64,000 nt of DNA from Mobula hypostoma. Taxonomy: Eukaryota. The notes below the pieces were generated by a model that was not told where the DNA came from, ran no database searches, and saw only the letters and a list, made by a program, of their open reading frames with translations. A program made the translations under genes and the position numbers. Shown one piece after another: positions 37,501-50,624 of the stretch. The DNA lies in the NCBI RefSeq assembly GCF_963921235.1, contig NC_086097.1, positions 19,036,001 through 19,100,000 of the forward strand. Reading direction: 5' to 3'. Position 1 is the stretch's first letter, and each line of letters opens with the position of its first letter.

Positions 37501-37724
37501 TTTTATAACATCTGCAATGGACAGCCTTCTCATCCAACATGCAACATGAATCAGTACTGTGATTTTATATACACCACTGGGCTCCAGGATAGCTCCAGTC
37601 CTGTGTTATAAGACCCCTGAATGGATCTCTTGTACATTGGTTGCAAACAACTAATCTGGTTCCTCCAGACGGTCCTAAAGAATATAAACTGTTAACTTGG
37701 TTCAGTTGCTTTGCTTTTAAAGAT

Positions 37725-38052
37725 AAAAAGATTAAAGATTAGCTTTATTTGACACCAGAACATCGAAGCGTACAGTTAGGTGTGTTGTTCCGTCATTGAC
37801 CAACGCACTCCGAGGATGTGCTGGTGGCAGTACACAATGATTCCAGCACCAACATAGCATGCCCACAACTTACTAACCCTAACCTGTACATCTTTAGAAT
37901 CTGGAAAGAGTCCGGAGTACCCGGAAGAAACCCTTGCGGTGATGGGGAGAATGTACAAACTCTTTAAGACAGCAGTGGGAATTAGTCCCTGGCCAGTGAT
38001 CACTGGCACTGTAAAGTGTTACACTAGCTGCTATGTTACCATGCTGCCCTTT
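37725..38052 (-). mobile_element. V-SINE variant with Rex1-type tail
   Basis: (aaagatt)n tail, V-domain, tRNA-like head at about 38050. Confidence 0.75.
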
Positions 38053-38197
38053 CAAAGAGTTATTGGACTTGGTCAATCCTTCAAAGATATTGAACTGAAT
38101 TGCATTGATTTTATTTCTTACATCCTTCACATACATGAGGAGCAAAAATCTTTAATTAATATCGCAATCAATAAAAACAGAAAGTGATCAAACTTTT

Positions 38198-38417
38198 AAG
38201 CAACACACATAAAAGTTGCTGGTGAACGCAGCAGGCCAGGCAGCATCTCTAGGAAGAGGTGCAGTCGACATTTCGGGCCGAGAGTCAGGACGAAGGGTCT
38301 TTCCCCGAAACGTCAACTGTACCTCTTCCTAGAGATGCTGCCTGGCCTGCTGCATTCACCAGCAATTTTTATGTGTGTTGCTTGAAATTCCAGCATCTGC
38401 AGATTTCCTCATGTTTG
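38198..38417. mobile_element. Penelope-like fold-back insertion with 15-bp TSD
   Basis: Inverted arms around a damaged hammerhead; TSD AGTGATCAAACTTTT at 38183-38197 and 38418-38432. Confidence 0.88.
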
Positions 38418-38679
38418 AGTGATCAAACTTTTGACTGGTTAGGCCACACCCGCAGACAGAAATTAGTGTGAATGTTTCAAATTGCTGACACTAGGTCAGA
38501 ACTAGAAAAGATGAGGGAAGTGACAATGCAGAGGCAGGCCAATAGGAGAAAAGAAAAATGGGAAAGGTTGCTGTTTTCCCACTTCTGTCATTTGCCTGCA
38601 GACCTTGGTTCTCCAAATAGTTACCCAATTCTTGTATGTGGCCATAAAAGTAGATACACTAGGGTGATTTCAGAGGCAT

Positions 38680-39285
38680 ATGGTCTGTTAGCCTGCATTA
38701 ATTGGGGGACTGAGCCATGAGCTAATGTTGCAGCTCTGTAAAATTCTGATTAGACCACTCTTGGAGTATTGTGTTCAGTTCTGGCAGCCTAGTATAGGAA
38801 GGGTGTCGAAGCTTCAGAGAGAGTGCAGAGGGGATTTACCGGAACTCTGCCTGGATTAGAGGGCATATCTTATGACGAAAGGTTGGGCAAGTTAGGGCTT
38901 CTGTTCTTGGAGTGAAAGAGGATGAGAGGTGACTTGAAAGAGGTGTATAGGATGATAACAGGCATAGATGGAGTGCCTTTTTCCCAGGGTGGAAATGGCT
39001 AATATGAGGAGGCGTAATTTTAAGGTGATTGGAAGAAAGGTGATTAAGAGGTATGTCAGAGGTAAGTATTTTTACACAATAAGTTGTGGGTGTGTTGAAA
39101 TCACTGCCAGGGGTGCTGGTAGAGATGGACACATTAGGAAGACTTAAGTGTCTCTTAGCACACGGTTGATAGGAAAATGGAGGGTTATGTGGGAGGGAAG
39201 GATTAGATTGATCTTGCAGTAGGTAAAAGGTCAGAACACATCGTGGGCCAAAGTGCCTGTACTGTTCTGTACTGTTTTATGTTCT
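38680..39285 (+). mobile_element. CR1 3' fragment
   Basis: LIRPLLEYCVQFW-like coding; tail tgtactgttctgtactgttttatgttct. Confidence 0.8.
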
Positions 39286-39350
39286 AAGGTAGGTACACTA
39301 TCTCTATCTCACCAAACCTGTCTTTCAAGAGAGCATTCTGGATTATAACC

Positions 39351-41719
39351 AATTGCCTTTATTGTCACTGGGGACTTTAATCATTGCAACCTACATACCG
39401 TGCTTCAAAGATTTTACCTAAATGTAAAATGCACCACAAGGGGAAATAAAACCTCAGATCATGTCTAGACAAATGTGGCTGATGCTTACAAAGCCACTGC
39501 CCTCCCCCACCTGGGACAGTCCGACCATCTTTCAGTGTTTCTGCTCCCCAAGTATAGCCCAGTCAGTAAACGTCTGAAACCCACAATGAGGACTATTAAG
39601 ATCTGGCTGGAGGGTGCTGACTCTGCTCTTCAGCACCAATTCCAGCACACAGACTGGAACACGCTTGCTGCCCATGCCACCACAGACTCTCAGATTAACA
39701 TTAATTTATATACCAACTCTGTCCTTGAGCACATCAACAAGTGTGTAGATAGAGTGACATCACAAAGACAAATAAAAGTTTTCCCCAATCAGAAACCATG
39801 GATGAACAGAGAGGTTCACCTCCCACTCAAAGCCAGAGATTCAGCCTTCAGGTCTGGAGACCAGGAGGCTTACAGCTCAGCCAGGGCCAACCTGAGGAGG
39901 GGAATCTCTCAGGCTAAACACAGATACAAACAGAGAATCGAGGAGCATTTCAACTCCTCGGACTCCCAGCACATGTGGCATGGCATACAGGTCATTACAG
40001 ACTTCAAACCACCTAGTACTGTGCCCCCTTCCAGCTCTGCTTCCCTCCCTGATGAGCTTAATTACTTCTACGCTCGCTTTGACTGAGAGAACAAGGAGGT
40101 CACCCTCAAAGCGGATCTCCCACCTGGTGAACTGCTTCTCTCACTTTCCACCTGTGATGTTTGTGCCACCCTGAGCAGGGTGAATGTACGGAAGGCAGCT
40201 GGTCTGGATGGAATACCTGGCCGTGTGCTCAGAGTCTGTGCAGGGCAGTTGGCCAGGGTCTACACGAACATTTTCAAACTGTCCCTGGCCCAGGCAGTTG
40301 TCCCCACAGGCTTCAAGATCGCCACCATCGTGCCAGTGCCGAAACATTCCACTACCACTGGCCTGAATGACTTCTGCCCGGTTGCACTCACCCCCATCAA
40401 TGCAAAGTGCTTTGAGAGACTGATTCTATTGCATCTGAAATCCTGTTTGCTCACTACCCTGGACCCCCATCAATTTGCCTATCGCACCAACAGGTCTACA
40501 GAGGACGTCATCTCCACAGCACTTCACTCTGCCCTGACCAACATGGACAGCCCCAACTCTTACGTCAGAATGTTGTTCATTGACTTTAGTTCAGCATTTA
40601 ATACTGTGATTTCCTCCAAGCTGATCGCCAAACTTCGCCAGCTTGGTATCAGCTCATCCCTCTGCAATTGGACCTTGGACTTTCTGACTAACAGACCCCA
40701 GTCAATTAAGTTAGATGATCTCTCCTCCTCCACTCTCACCCTGAACACCGGTGTGCCTCAAGGCTGTGTGCTGAGCCCTCTTCTGTACTCCCTTTTCACC
40801 TATGACTGCGTTCCTGTACATGGTTCTAACTCCATAATCAAGTTCGCAGACAACACCACGGTGGTTGGCCTGATCAGAGGGGATGACGAGACGGCCTACA
40901 GGGACGAGGTCCAGCACCTGGCCACGTGGTGTGCCGACAACCTGCCCTTAACACCCAGAAGACCAAGGAGATCATTGTGGACTTCAGGCATGCTAGGAGC
41001 CACACTCACATCCCCATCTATGTCAACGGAGCTGTAGTGGAGTGTGTATCAAGCTTCAAATTCATTGGTGTCCACATTTCTGGGGATCTTATCTGGTCCC
41101 TGAACTCCTCCATCCTGATCAAAAAGACACAACAGCGCCTTTCTTTCCTGTGGAGCATCAAGAAAGCTCACCTCTGTCCCAGGATACTGACAGACTTTTA
41201 CCACTGCACCATTGAGAGCATACTCACCAACTGCATCTCAGTGTGGTATGGCAATTGTCCCATATCAGACCACAAAGCACTCCAGCGTGTGGTGAAAACT
41301 GCCCAGCGGATTATCGGCACCCAATTGCCCACCATTGAGAACATCTACCATAAACGCTGCCTGGGCAGGGCGAAAAGCATTATCAAGGATGCATCTCACC
41401 CTAACCATGGACTTTTTACTCTCCTCCCATCCGGTAGGCGCTACAGGAGCCTCCACTCCCGCACCAGCAGGCACAGGAAGAGATTCTTCCCTGAGGCTGT
41501 GACCCTGCTGAACCTCTCATCACAGCGCTAAGCAGTATTGCACCCATACTGTACTGTCTCAGTACTTTTATATTTGTGTGTTGTAGCACTTACTTTTTAT
41601 TCGCAGTTATTTTGTAAATACACTATTCTTTGCATTTCTGGGCAGATGCTAACTGTATTTCATTGGCTTTGTATCTGTACTCGGCACAATGACAATAAAG
41701 TTGAATCTAATCTGATCGA
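39351..41719 (+). mobile_element. Rex1/Babar LINE, 5'-truncated (partial APE, RT), one stop and one frameshift
   Basis: GDFNH, LGQSDH, NQKPWMN, LDPHQFAYR, FIDFSSAFNT, GVPQGCVLSP, KFADN, LLPSGRRYR; tail gacaataaagttgaatctaatct; possible TSD ATAACC. Confidence 0.92.
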
Positions 41720-41790
41720 ATAACCTGTCAAATGTCTGGTTCTGATTTTCAGTATAAAGACAGAGAACCACCCATGGTGCCAAGACAAAC

Positions 41791-41910
41791 ACTCACTCTC
41801 TCACTGATACAGGACCAGGTAGACTGGCAGACACAAGCACCAGAGGCAGGACCTCACTCTCTCACAGACACAGGACCAGGTAGACACGCAGACACATGCA
41901 CCAGCACCCA
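41791..41910 (+). repeat. Two-copy direct repeat of about 60 bp
   Basis: ctcactctctcac.ga.acaggaccaggtagac..gcagacaca.gcaccag occurs twice. Confidence 0.8.
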
Positions 41911-42575
41911 GAGTTAAGTGTGCCTGTATGTCTGTGGCACAATGGCCCAGGAGAGATGTTGCCTCACCACACCAGAGAACGAGGTCCACTCGTGCCTGTG
42001 TGGAGTTCCAATATTCTCCAGCAACTGTGTGGTTTACTCTGGCTGCTGCAGTTTCCTCCCACATCCAAAGATGCATCGCTCAGCTGGTTAATTGTCAAAG
42101 TCAGGGTCACTTTACTATCGAAGTGTGTATACAACATGCACCCATATACTAGCTTGAGATTCATTTTCTTGCAGCCCCTTAACTGGCCATTGTAAACTGG
42201 CCCTAGTGTGTGGTTGAGTGGCAGAACCTGGTGAAAGTTAACACAAATTTGGGGGGAATAAAAATATTGGTGATAAATAGAGCATTACCGTAAAAGGTTG
42301 GTTAATGGTCAGCACAGGCTCAGTGGGCCGAAGGGCCTGTATCCCTCTTTGACTCTTTGTCACTGACAGATGAAGGCTCTGTTACAACTGCACCAAAACA
42401 ATTTCACTCTCTCTCTTCTGAAAGCCTATGACTGCTGTTTTCTTCCCTGACAACATTTCTCCTGTGTGATGTGATGAGATTACAGGGTTTTTTCTTCTCT
42501 CTAATGACTTCAGTAATTCAGTTTTTATCTACTTGTTCACCATTAATGAAACCAGTGCTGTTCTGCTGCTAATAG

Positions 42576-43145
<570 letters not shown>

Positions 43146-44018
43146 TAGAGTGTGTGTGTCTGTGTGTGTGTGTGTATACATCTAATCTGCCATTTGTCAA
43201 ATGTGATGAGTTTCACAGGATGTGTTTCTGAATTGTGAACATAGGGCCAGGGAATGGAAGGAATGACCTCTCACGTGAGAGAAGAAGGCTCCTATTTCCT
43301 CAGGACTTTTCCCAGCCCCTTTGACGTAAGGAAGGGCTTCCTCTGGAATAGAGTGTCCAGCCCAGTATCAGTGAGTCAGAAGTCCCACCCCAGAGGCTAG
43401 GACATTAAATCCATGCAGGTGCCCCAGTGAGCACCAAAGCAATCTCATTCAAATATGACTTTAAGTAAAGCCCCCTGCTGATCTCTCAGCCAATGTACAT
43501 TGTCCAAAAACATCAATTTGAGGAAGTGCAAGCAAACTCTTCCTATTGCCTAGGCCAACACTCATCCCTCCACTAAGTATTCATAAAAATCACCATAGTC
43601 CATCTGGCTGATATCAAGCTGTTGTTTCAGGGAACTTATGGCAAAACTTCAACATGACATGAATTATTCTCAGTAGCAGTGTTTCTGAAGCACTTGGGAA
43701 GTTTAGAAAATGAAAGACACCGTCTAAATGTAGGTCATCTTTTCAGTATGTGATAGGAAAGTAAGCATTGCCGATGCATCATGCCTTTGGTGAGACAGTG
43801 AGCTATATTCCGAGCAACAGTGATTGTCTGACAAGTCCAGTATCCCAGAGGCTAGGACTGGATTGTACATTCAAATGCCTTAGTGTGTTGGATTTATCAT
43901 TGATGTGTTGACATCATAATTTTAATAAATAAATGTCTTCAGGAGAGCTACTGGAGGAGGAAGGACAAATATGGATGTACAGGCACTGCCCCATGAGGGA
44001 AGAGATGCTGGTCACAAG

Positions 44019-44346
44019 CAATGTTCCCTCTAATTTGTAATGACCACGGTGCAATTTTGTTGCCCAGGAACAACAACATGTGTGCACTGAATAATTTCTT
44101 CAATAAAGACAGATTGAGTAAGCCAGTTGTAAAATCCGCAGACAGATCGTTGCAAACCCCACGTTGTCAACACCGCCCGCGTCAGAAACCAGAAAAGGAA
44201 ATGTGATTGGGTACGATCGTGAAATATACTTAACATGCCAGCGAGGTAGAGAGTCACAACTTCTTCTGTGCATTTTAAGTTCCCTTGTGCGCTGGTAGCA
44301 AAAGATGTGTGCACACGCACATGCGCACACCTTAAAGGGAACATTG
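44019..44346. mobile_element. hAT-type MITE
   Basis: TIRs CAATGTTCCCTCTAA / TTAAAGGGAACATTG; degenerate 8-bp TSD gtcacaag / gtcgctag. Confidence 0.8.
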
Positions 44347-44514
44347 GTCGCTAGATACCACGGCAGTGTGATAAACATTCAGTCGCACAGCTGACAGTGA
44401 GGTTGGTCAGAGCACTTCCCGACTAGTGAGACTCAAAAAGGAGAAATCAGTGACTGCATGGAGAACAGATAAGGCAGCATGCTCCCAGCAGAGAGTGAAG
44501 TCCACCTCGCCACT

Positions 44515-45030
44515 ATTTTGTGCAGTTATGGCACCACATTATGGGAAAGATTTGGAAGCTTCAGAGAGGGCGCAGGGGAGATTCACCAAGATGCTGCCTG
44601 GACTAGAGAGCATGTGTCCTGAGGGTAGGTTGAACAAGCTAGGGCCTTTTCTTCTGAGCGAAAGAGGACCAGAGGTGACTTGCTAGAGGTGTAAAAAATG
44701 ATAAGAGGCATAGATCGAGTGGACAGACAGAGACTTTTCCCAGGGCGGAAATGGTTAATACAAGGGGGCATAATTTTAGGGTGATTGGAGGAAAGTGTAG
44801 GGGGATATCAGGGGTAAGTTTTTTGTAGAGAGAGTGGTGGATGATTGGAACACCCTGCCAGGGCTGGTGGTAGAGGCAGATACATTAGGGACATTCAAGA
44901 AACTCTTCAGTAGGTACATGGATGAAAATAAAATGGAGGGTTATGTGGAAGGGAAGGAGTGAATCTCAGAGTAGATTAATACAATATTATGGGCTGAAGG
45001 GCCTGTACTATGCTGAAATGTTCTACATTA
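44515..45030 (+). mobile_element. CR1 3' fragment
   Basis: PHYGKDLEASERAQGRFTKMLPGLE; same family as 38680-39285. Confidence 0.8.
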
Positions 45031-45519
45031 GTAGGAGCAAGCCAAAACTTTGGAGAAGAAATCATGTGATAAGACTAGGGAAGTGAAAGGGAGTGGCTGA
45101 TGGCCAACATAATACTAGAAAATCAGGCCTGGGAGAATATTTGATTTCCCTAATCCCACTTATCCGCAGTATCGATCATCCAAGCTGCCTTTTGGTCCTT
45201 TGTACTGTTGTCACTCCAAACTCCCTTTGAAGACTCTTTGAAAGACACGGTTATGATTTCAGCTTTGAATAGACCACTGTGAAGCACTTGCATTTATTCT
45301 TGCATTAAGGAGTCCACATAAATGTAAGCTACTAACAGAGGGTGATGGCTGGGGAGTAGAAGGAACTCCCCTCCAGACATAGCCTGAGTTACAGAACCCA
45401 GCTGTATCTGTTGCCTGTAATGGATGTTTCCCAAGCTCATTGCTGCTGGATTGGAATGATTTGGGGTAACAGTCGAAATTCTGTTCTGGTCACCAGCAGA
45501 ACGTCTAATACAAGGGTAT

Positions 45520-46120
45520 TAGCCATTTGACCCATAATGTTGTGCCAATATTGTTTCCTGATCGGTTGGGGCATCAAAGGATATGGCAAGAAGGCAGGTG
45601 TATGGGGTTGAGTGGGATCCGGGATCAGCCATGATGGAATGGTGGAGCAGACTCGATGGGCTGAATAGCCTAATTCTGGTCCTATGTCTTATGGTCTTAT
45701 GGCCTTAATATTTAAACTTACTCTAAGATCAATCTAATCCTACTCTCCAACGTAGCCCATAACCCTCCATTTTCCTTTCATCCATGTTCCCATCTAAGAG
45801 TCTCTTTACTGTTTAACGTATTCACCTCTACCACCCACCCCCGGCAGTGTGTTCCAGACACCTGCCAGTCTGTGTAAAATACATACGTACCTCTGATATC
45901 TCCCCAAAATTTCTCTCCTCGCTTCGGCTGTTAGCCATTGCCACTATGGGGAAAAGGCAATGGCTGTCCATTCTCTTTGTGGCTCTTATAATTTTCTACA
46001 CCTCCATCAAGTCTCTTCTCATCCTCCTTCACTCCAAAGAGAAAAGTCTGAGCTTTCTCAACCTTTCCTCGAAAGACATGCTCACTAATTCTGGGAGCAT
46101 CCTGGTAAATCTCCTCTGCA
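45520..46120 (-). mobile_element. CR1 3' fragment with a short + strand CR1 tail inserted (about 45553-45703)
   Basis: LQRRFTRMLPELVSMSFEERLRKLRLFSLE on the minus strand; inserted piece ends (cttatggt)n. Confidence 0.75.
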
Positions 46121-47080
46121 AGAACTCCACTTCAAGAAAAGAACTGTTCTCTCTTCCACTTGTTATGAGGTCTCTTATAATTACCAACTCTTCTGAGAGG
46201 AGAGAAGCATCTGTGGGATCAGACCAGAAAGTTGCAAAGGAGTTCTCCTCTTTCCTCCTCATTGTGCCTCCACGTAGAAAGATGTAATTGCATCGACAAC
46301 TTTTACAAATTGTCCTGCCGACTTTAAAGGTTTGTCTGCATATGTGCTCAGACCTGTCTGTTCCCGCACTTCCATTACTGCACTCCAATTCAATTCCTGT
46401 GACCACTCCTTGTCCCCGTAACAAAATGCAGTCCTTCATCCTTCGCTGTATTAAATTTTATGTGGCATCTGTCAGAGCAATTCGCCAGTCTGTCTACACG
46501 CTCCTGATGCTTGGTGCTAATCCTTCTCACTGCGACTTCCATGTGAGGGAGTTGGATGTGTGGGAGAGTGAAAATCACAGAAGAAAACTGGCAGTATGCA
46601 CCGTACAACAGGAACAGTTTACTGGAGAGGACAGCTGCCAGCCCAGGGCCAAAGGAGATAGTGAATATCAGGAGTTTTTATCTTTAGACCATAGGGATGC
46701 TTGACTACAATAAATATTAAGTATTCATTAACTAGAGTAATTGTGAAATATATTTTAAAATGCTTGCATATACTGTACTGATTTGTGTTCAATATGACTG
46801 CAAGGCTGAACTGTCAAAGCACTGCTTCATCTGATTTCATTCCTACCAATTTGTTAAATGAAATCAATAAACTCTCATTGTAATGTACAAGATAATTTCT
46901 GTTAAATGTATTATAGAAATCAATGTTCTTCTAGCAAAATAAGAAATTAACTGAATATCTGGGTAACTTTACAAATGAAAATTTGTTTCTTAGCAACTTC
47001 ATGCTCCAAAAGGAATCCAAGGCTCTCAGTAGAATGTTTAATATGGTAGGGGATAACTTTAAGGTGATCGGAGGAAAGTA

Positions 47081-47563
47081 CAGCACTGTGCAAAAATCTG
47101 TGTCACATATATATCCCAGGGTGCCTAAGGCTCTAGCACAGTATTGTACTTGTTTTATGGTTTTATGGTGGAGCGGAAAGTGAGTTTGTAAATCTGGTGG
47201 GAGCAATGAATGTTGGGAATGGCAAGGGTGGGAGGGGTGTGGGACGGATGTCAGAGAAGGAGGTCAGTGTGGGGAGGGGTGCCGTGGGTACAGATACATG
47301 CAATGTTATTCGATTGTAAACAATTGGTTTATTGACCATTACAGAATGTCTCACTGGTGCTTCCTGCTCCCTCCCCTTTTTCCCAACCATGATTCCCTTC
47401 CCACTCTCAGTCCACAATGGAGACTTGTATCAGAATCTAGTTTATCATCACTCACATGTCATGATTTTTTTTTTGTGGCAACAGTTCAGTGCAATATATA
47501 AAATTACTACAATACCATGCAAATGTCTTAGACTCGCTAGCTATATACTTTTGACCAGTCCTG
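47081..47563. mobile_element. Composite Tc1-like MITE bounded by two mini-hairpin MITEs, TA-flanked
   Basis: TA|cagcactgtgcaaaa...gcacagtattg (47081-47146) and caataccatgcaaatgtcttag...cttttgaccagtcctg|TA (47510-47563). Confidence 0.6.
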
Positions 47564-47782
47564 TATAGTGCGATCACTCCAGTTGAATTTGATGTTCTCC
47601 TAAGGGATTGTCTCCAGGATGTTGGAGTGGATTCTCTTAATGGGGAATGGCTGTGCGTGACTTTGTTTGACGTGGGGAGGCTGACACACGGATAGCCCCC
47701 GCACAGTCCTTGACTGATCTAGGTCAGGGTCCAGTGGCAAGGAAGGCAATACACTGAGGACCCTATACTGCTGCAGCCTTCC

Positions 47783-50422
47783 AAGTTCAAGTTCAAATTC
47801 AGGTTTATTGTCATCTGACTGTACACATATACAACCAAATGAAACAATGTTCCTCCAGACCATGGTGCACCCACAAAACATACATCATACACAGCACATA
47901 AACCAAAACAGTAACATTATAAAATAGAAGTCAAATTGCATGTAGTGCGCAGCACAGGTAAACAGTAACAACTTGCTCTCCTAATGACAAGACCTCAGTG
48001 GTGGCAAGGTATTCATTAGTCTCACAGTCTGAGGGAAGAAGCTGTTGCCCGGTCTGCCTTATGGACCTGGCTCAAAGGGATTGTGGGATGGGTAGTAACC
48101 TCAACAATGCTTTGGGCCCTTCATATGCAATGCTTCCGGTAAATGTCACACATGGATGGGGAGGGATACCCCGATGATCCTCTCAGTGGTTTTTCCTGCC
48201 CTCTGTGGGGTCTTGCAATCCAATGCCTTGCAGCTTCCACACCACACAATGACATAGCCAGGCAGGACATTCTCCTTGGTGCTCCTGCGGAAATCTGTTA
48301 GAATGGGGGTGGGGAGCCTTGCACGTCTCCATCTCCTCAGAAAGTGTAGACATTGCCGTGCCTTCTTGACTATTGAGCAGGAGATGTGGGTTCAGGTGAG
48401 ATAGTTTATCATGCACATACCAAGGAACTTTGTGCACTTCAATCTCTCCGTGGCAGAGCCATTGATGTGCAATGGGGAGTGGTTGACTTGTGCCTTCCTC
48501 AAGTCCACAATCATCTCTTTTGTCTTGTCCACAATGAGACCCGTGTTATTGTTCTCACTCCAATCAACAAGCCTCTTGACCTCCTGTCTGTATGCTGGCT
48601 CATCATTGTTGCTGATGAGTGAACTTGATGATGCGGTTTCAAAGGTTTCAAAGGTACATTTAATGTCAGAGAAATGTATACAATATACATCCTAAAATGC
48701 TTTTACTTCACAACCATCCACAAAAACAGAGGAGTGTCCCCAAAGAATGAAGTTAAATGTTAGAACCCCAAAGTCCCCCCCAGCTCCCCTCTCTCCTTCG
48801 TGTAAGTAGAAGCAAAATTAACAATCCCCCTCCCCCCACCAGCAAAAAAAAAGCATCAGCAGCCACTACCGAGCACTCAAGCATGCAGCAAAGCAACAGC
48901 AAAGACACAGACTTGTGGTACTCCAAAGACTACTCATTCACCCAGTATTCAACATACCACAGGCTCCCTCTTTCCCTAATAAGGGAGAAAGAAATGTCTC
49001 CGTTTCACAGCGAGAGGGGAGACATAACAAATAACTCATTGGTTTACAATGTGAAAAGTCTGTTGCATCGCTTTTTCTGAGCTCTGTGCCCAAAGATTTC
49101 GGGTTTCTGGGCACACAGCCATAGATCTTCCATCTCCCACGACACACCAATCTCCTTCCGGGACACTGATCCTTGATTCCCCCTGTCAATAGAGCCATGA
49201 GATCTCAGACCTCCGAAGGGAGCTAAGCTCTTCGGCCGCATCCTTGGCATGTCGAATAACGGCTAGTGGTGAAACCCCAAGAGCGGGTCCCGTTCCCGCA
49301 AAGAACCGGTCTAAGCTGAATCTGGCAGTGCAGCTGTGAGTTGGCAGTATGGACGGCAGCAGGTCCTGGGGGAGATACCAAAGCTCAACGTGATGGAGCT
49401 TGAGATGTTGCTGTCAACTCAGACTGAGTGAGCTCTTTCCATCAAGAAATCCAAGACCCAGTTACAGAGAAGGGTGTTGAGTCCCAATGAGGACAGTTTG
49501 CCCACCAGCCTCTGATCATGTTAAACACCGAGATGAAGCCAATGAATAACATCCTGGCGTATGAAGCATCATCTTTTAGGTGGGGCAGGATGGAGTGGAG
49601 GGCCAAGGCTATGGCATCATCAGTGGGCAGTAGGCAAACTGGAAAGCTGTAAGATGAGATTTTATACAATCCATTACTAGCTGCTCAACGCACTTCATGG
49701 TTGTCAAAGTCAGGTGATAATTGTGTAGACCAGTTACCATCACTCTGTTGGAACCTGAAACAATGGTGGCTGCCTTGAATACTGCAGGGACTGTGTCAGT
49801 GATATTAAGGGTGGTCATTAAGTCCTCTGTTAGCTGGGTCCCTGAGCACCTGATCAGGTATGTTGTCTCGTTCCGCAGCTTTGTGTGGGTTCTTCCTCAT
49901 CTCAGCTGCAGCCAGATGGGGTGCCTATTCTTTCAATGTCACACCACTAAATGCGCCAGATCATTCGGCCTATCAGGAAGGGAGGTGTCATTGTTGTTGA
50001 TACGTAGGGTGGAATTGTAATCGGTTATGGTTTATATGTCCTGTCATATCCATTGTGTTTTCCTGGTGTCACAAATGTGTCTGTGGATTTTCTGTGCATA
50101 CTCATGCTTTGCCTTCCTGATAGCACAGAACAGCAAGGCTTTTGCTCAACTTGAAGTCATCCTGTCCTCCAATCTGAAAGTAGTGTCCCAATTCCCAAGC
50201 AGTGCCTGAACCTCAGCAGTCAGCCATTGTTTCTGGTTTCCCCTGGCGATGTAGTCATCTAATCATTGTAATGTCCTCAATGCATTTGCCTATGTAGCTA
50301 GTCACCGATCCCACATTTCTCTCAAAGTCGATGAGATGATCATAGGTAGCTACCTTCCTGAGTATGTTCCAGTCCGTGCTTCTGAAGTAGTCCAGCAGCA
50401 CTGAGGAGGCACTTTCCAGCCA
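47783..50422 (-). mobile_element. Decayed Rex1/Babar LINE, interrupted by a non-autonomous element (about 48641-49305)
   Basis: (caagtt)n tail at about 47783; RT remnants (YARMLFIGF, AFQFAY, VFKAATIV); the insert has an (aaaggtt) tail. Confidence 0.75.
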
Positions 50423-50424
50423 GG

Positions 50425-50533
50425 TCCTGTGTTTCGTGATATCACACCGGAGGAAATATTGTATCATTTCTTAATGCATGCATTACTAAATGACAATAAA
50501 AGAGGACTGCATGTCTTCATAATCTAATCTAAT
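50425..50533 (+). mobile_element. 3' tip of the AATCT-tailed non-autonomous retroposon
   Basis: Near-identical to 28335-28440. Confidence 0.85.
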
Positions 50534-50624
50534 TTGAGGGGAGTAGATGGTAGTAATCCCATGCATCTGCTGCCCTTGTTCTTCTTGGTGGTAGAAACCG
50601 TTGGTTTAGGCAGATGCTGTTGGA

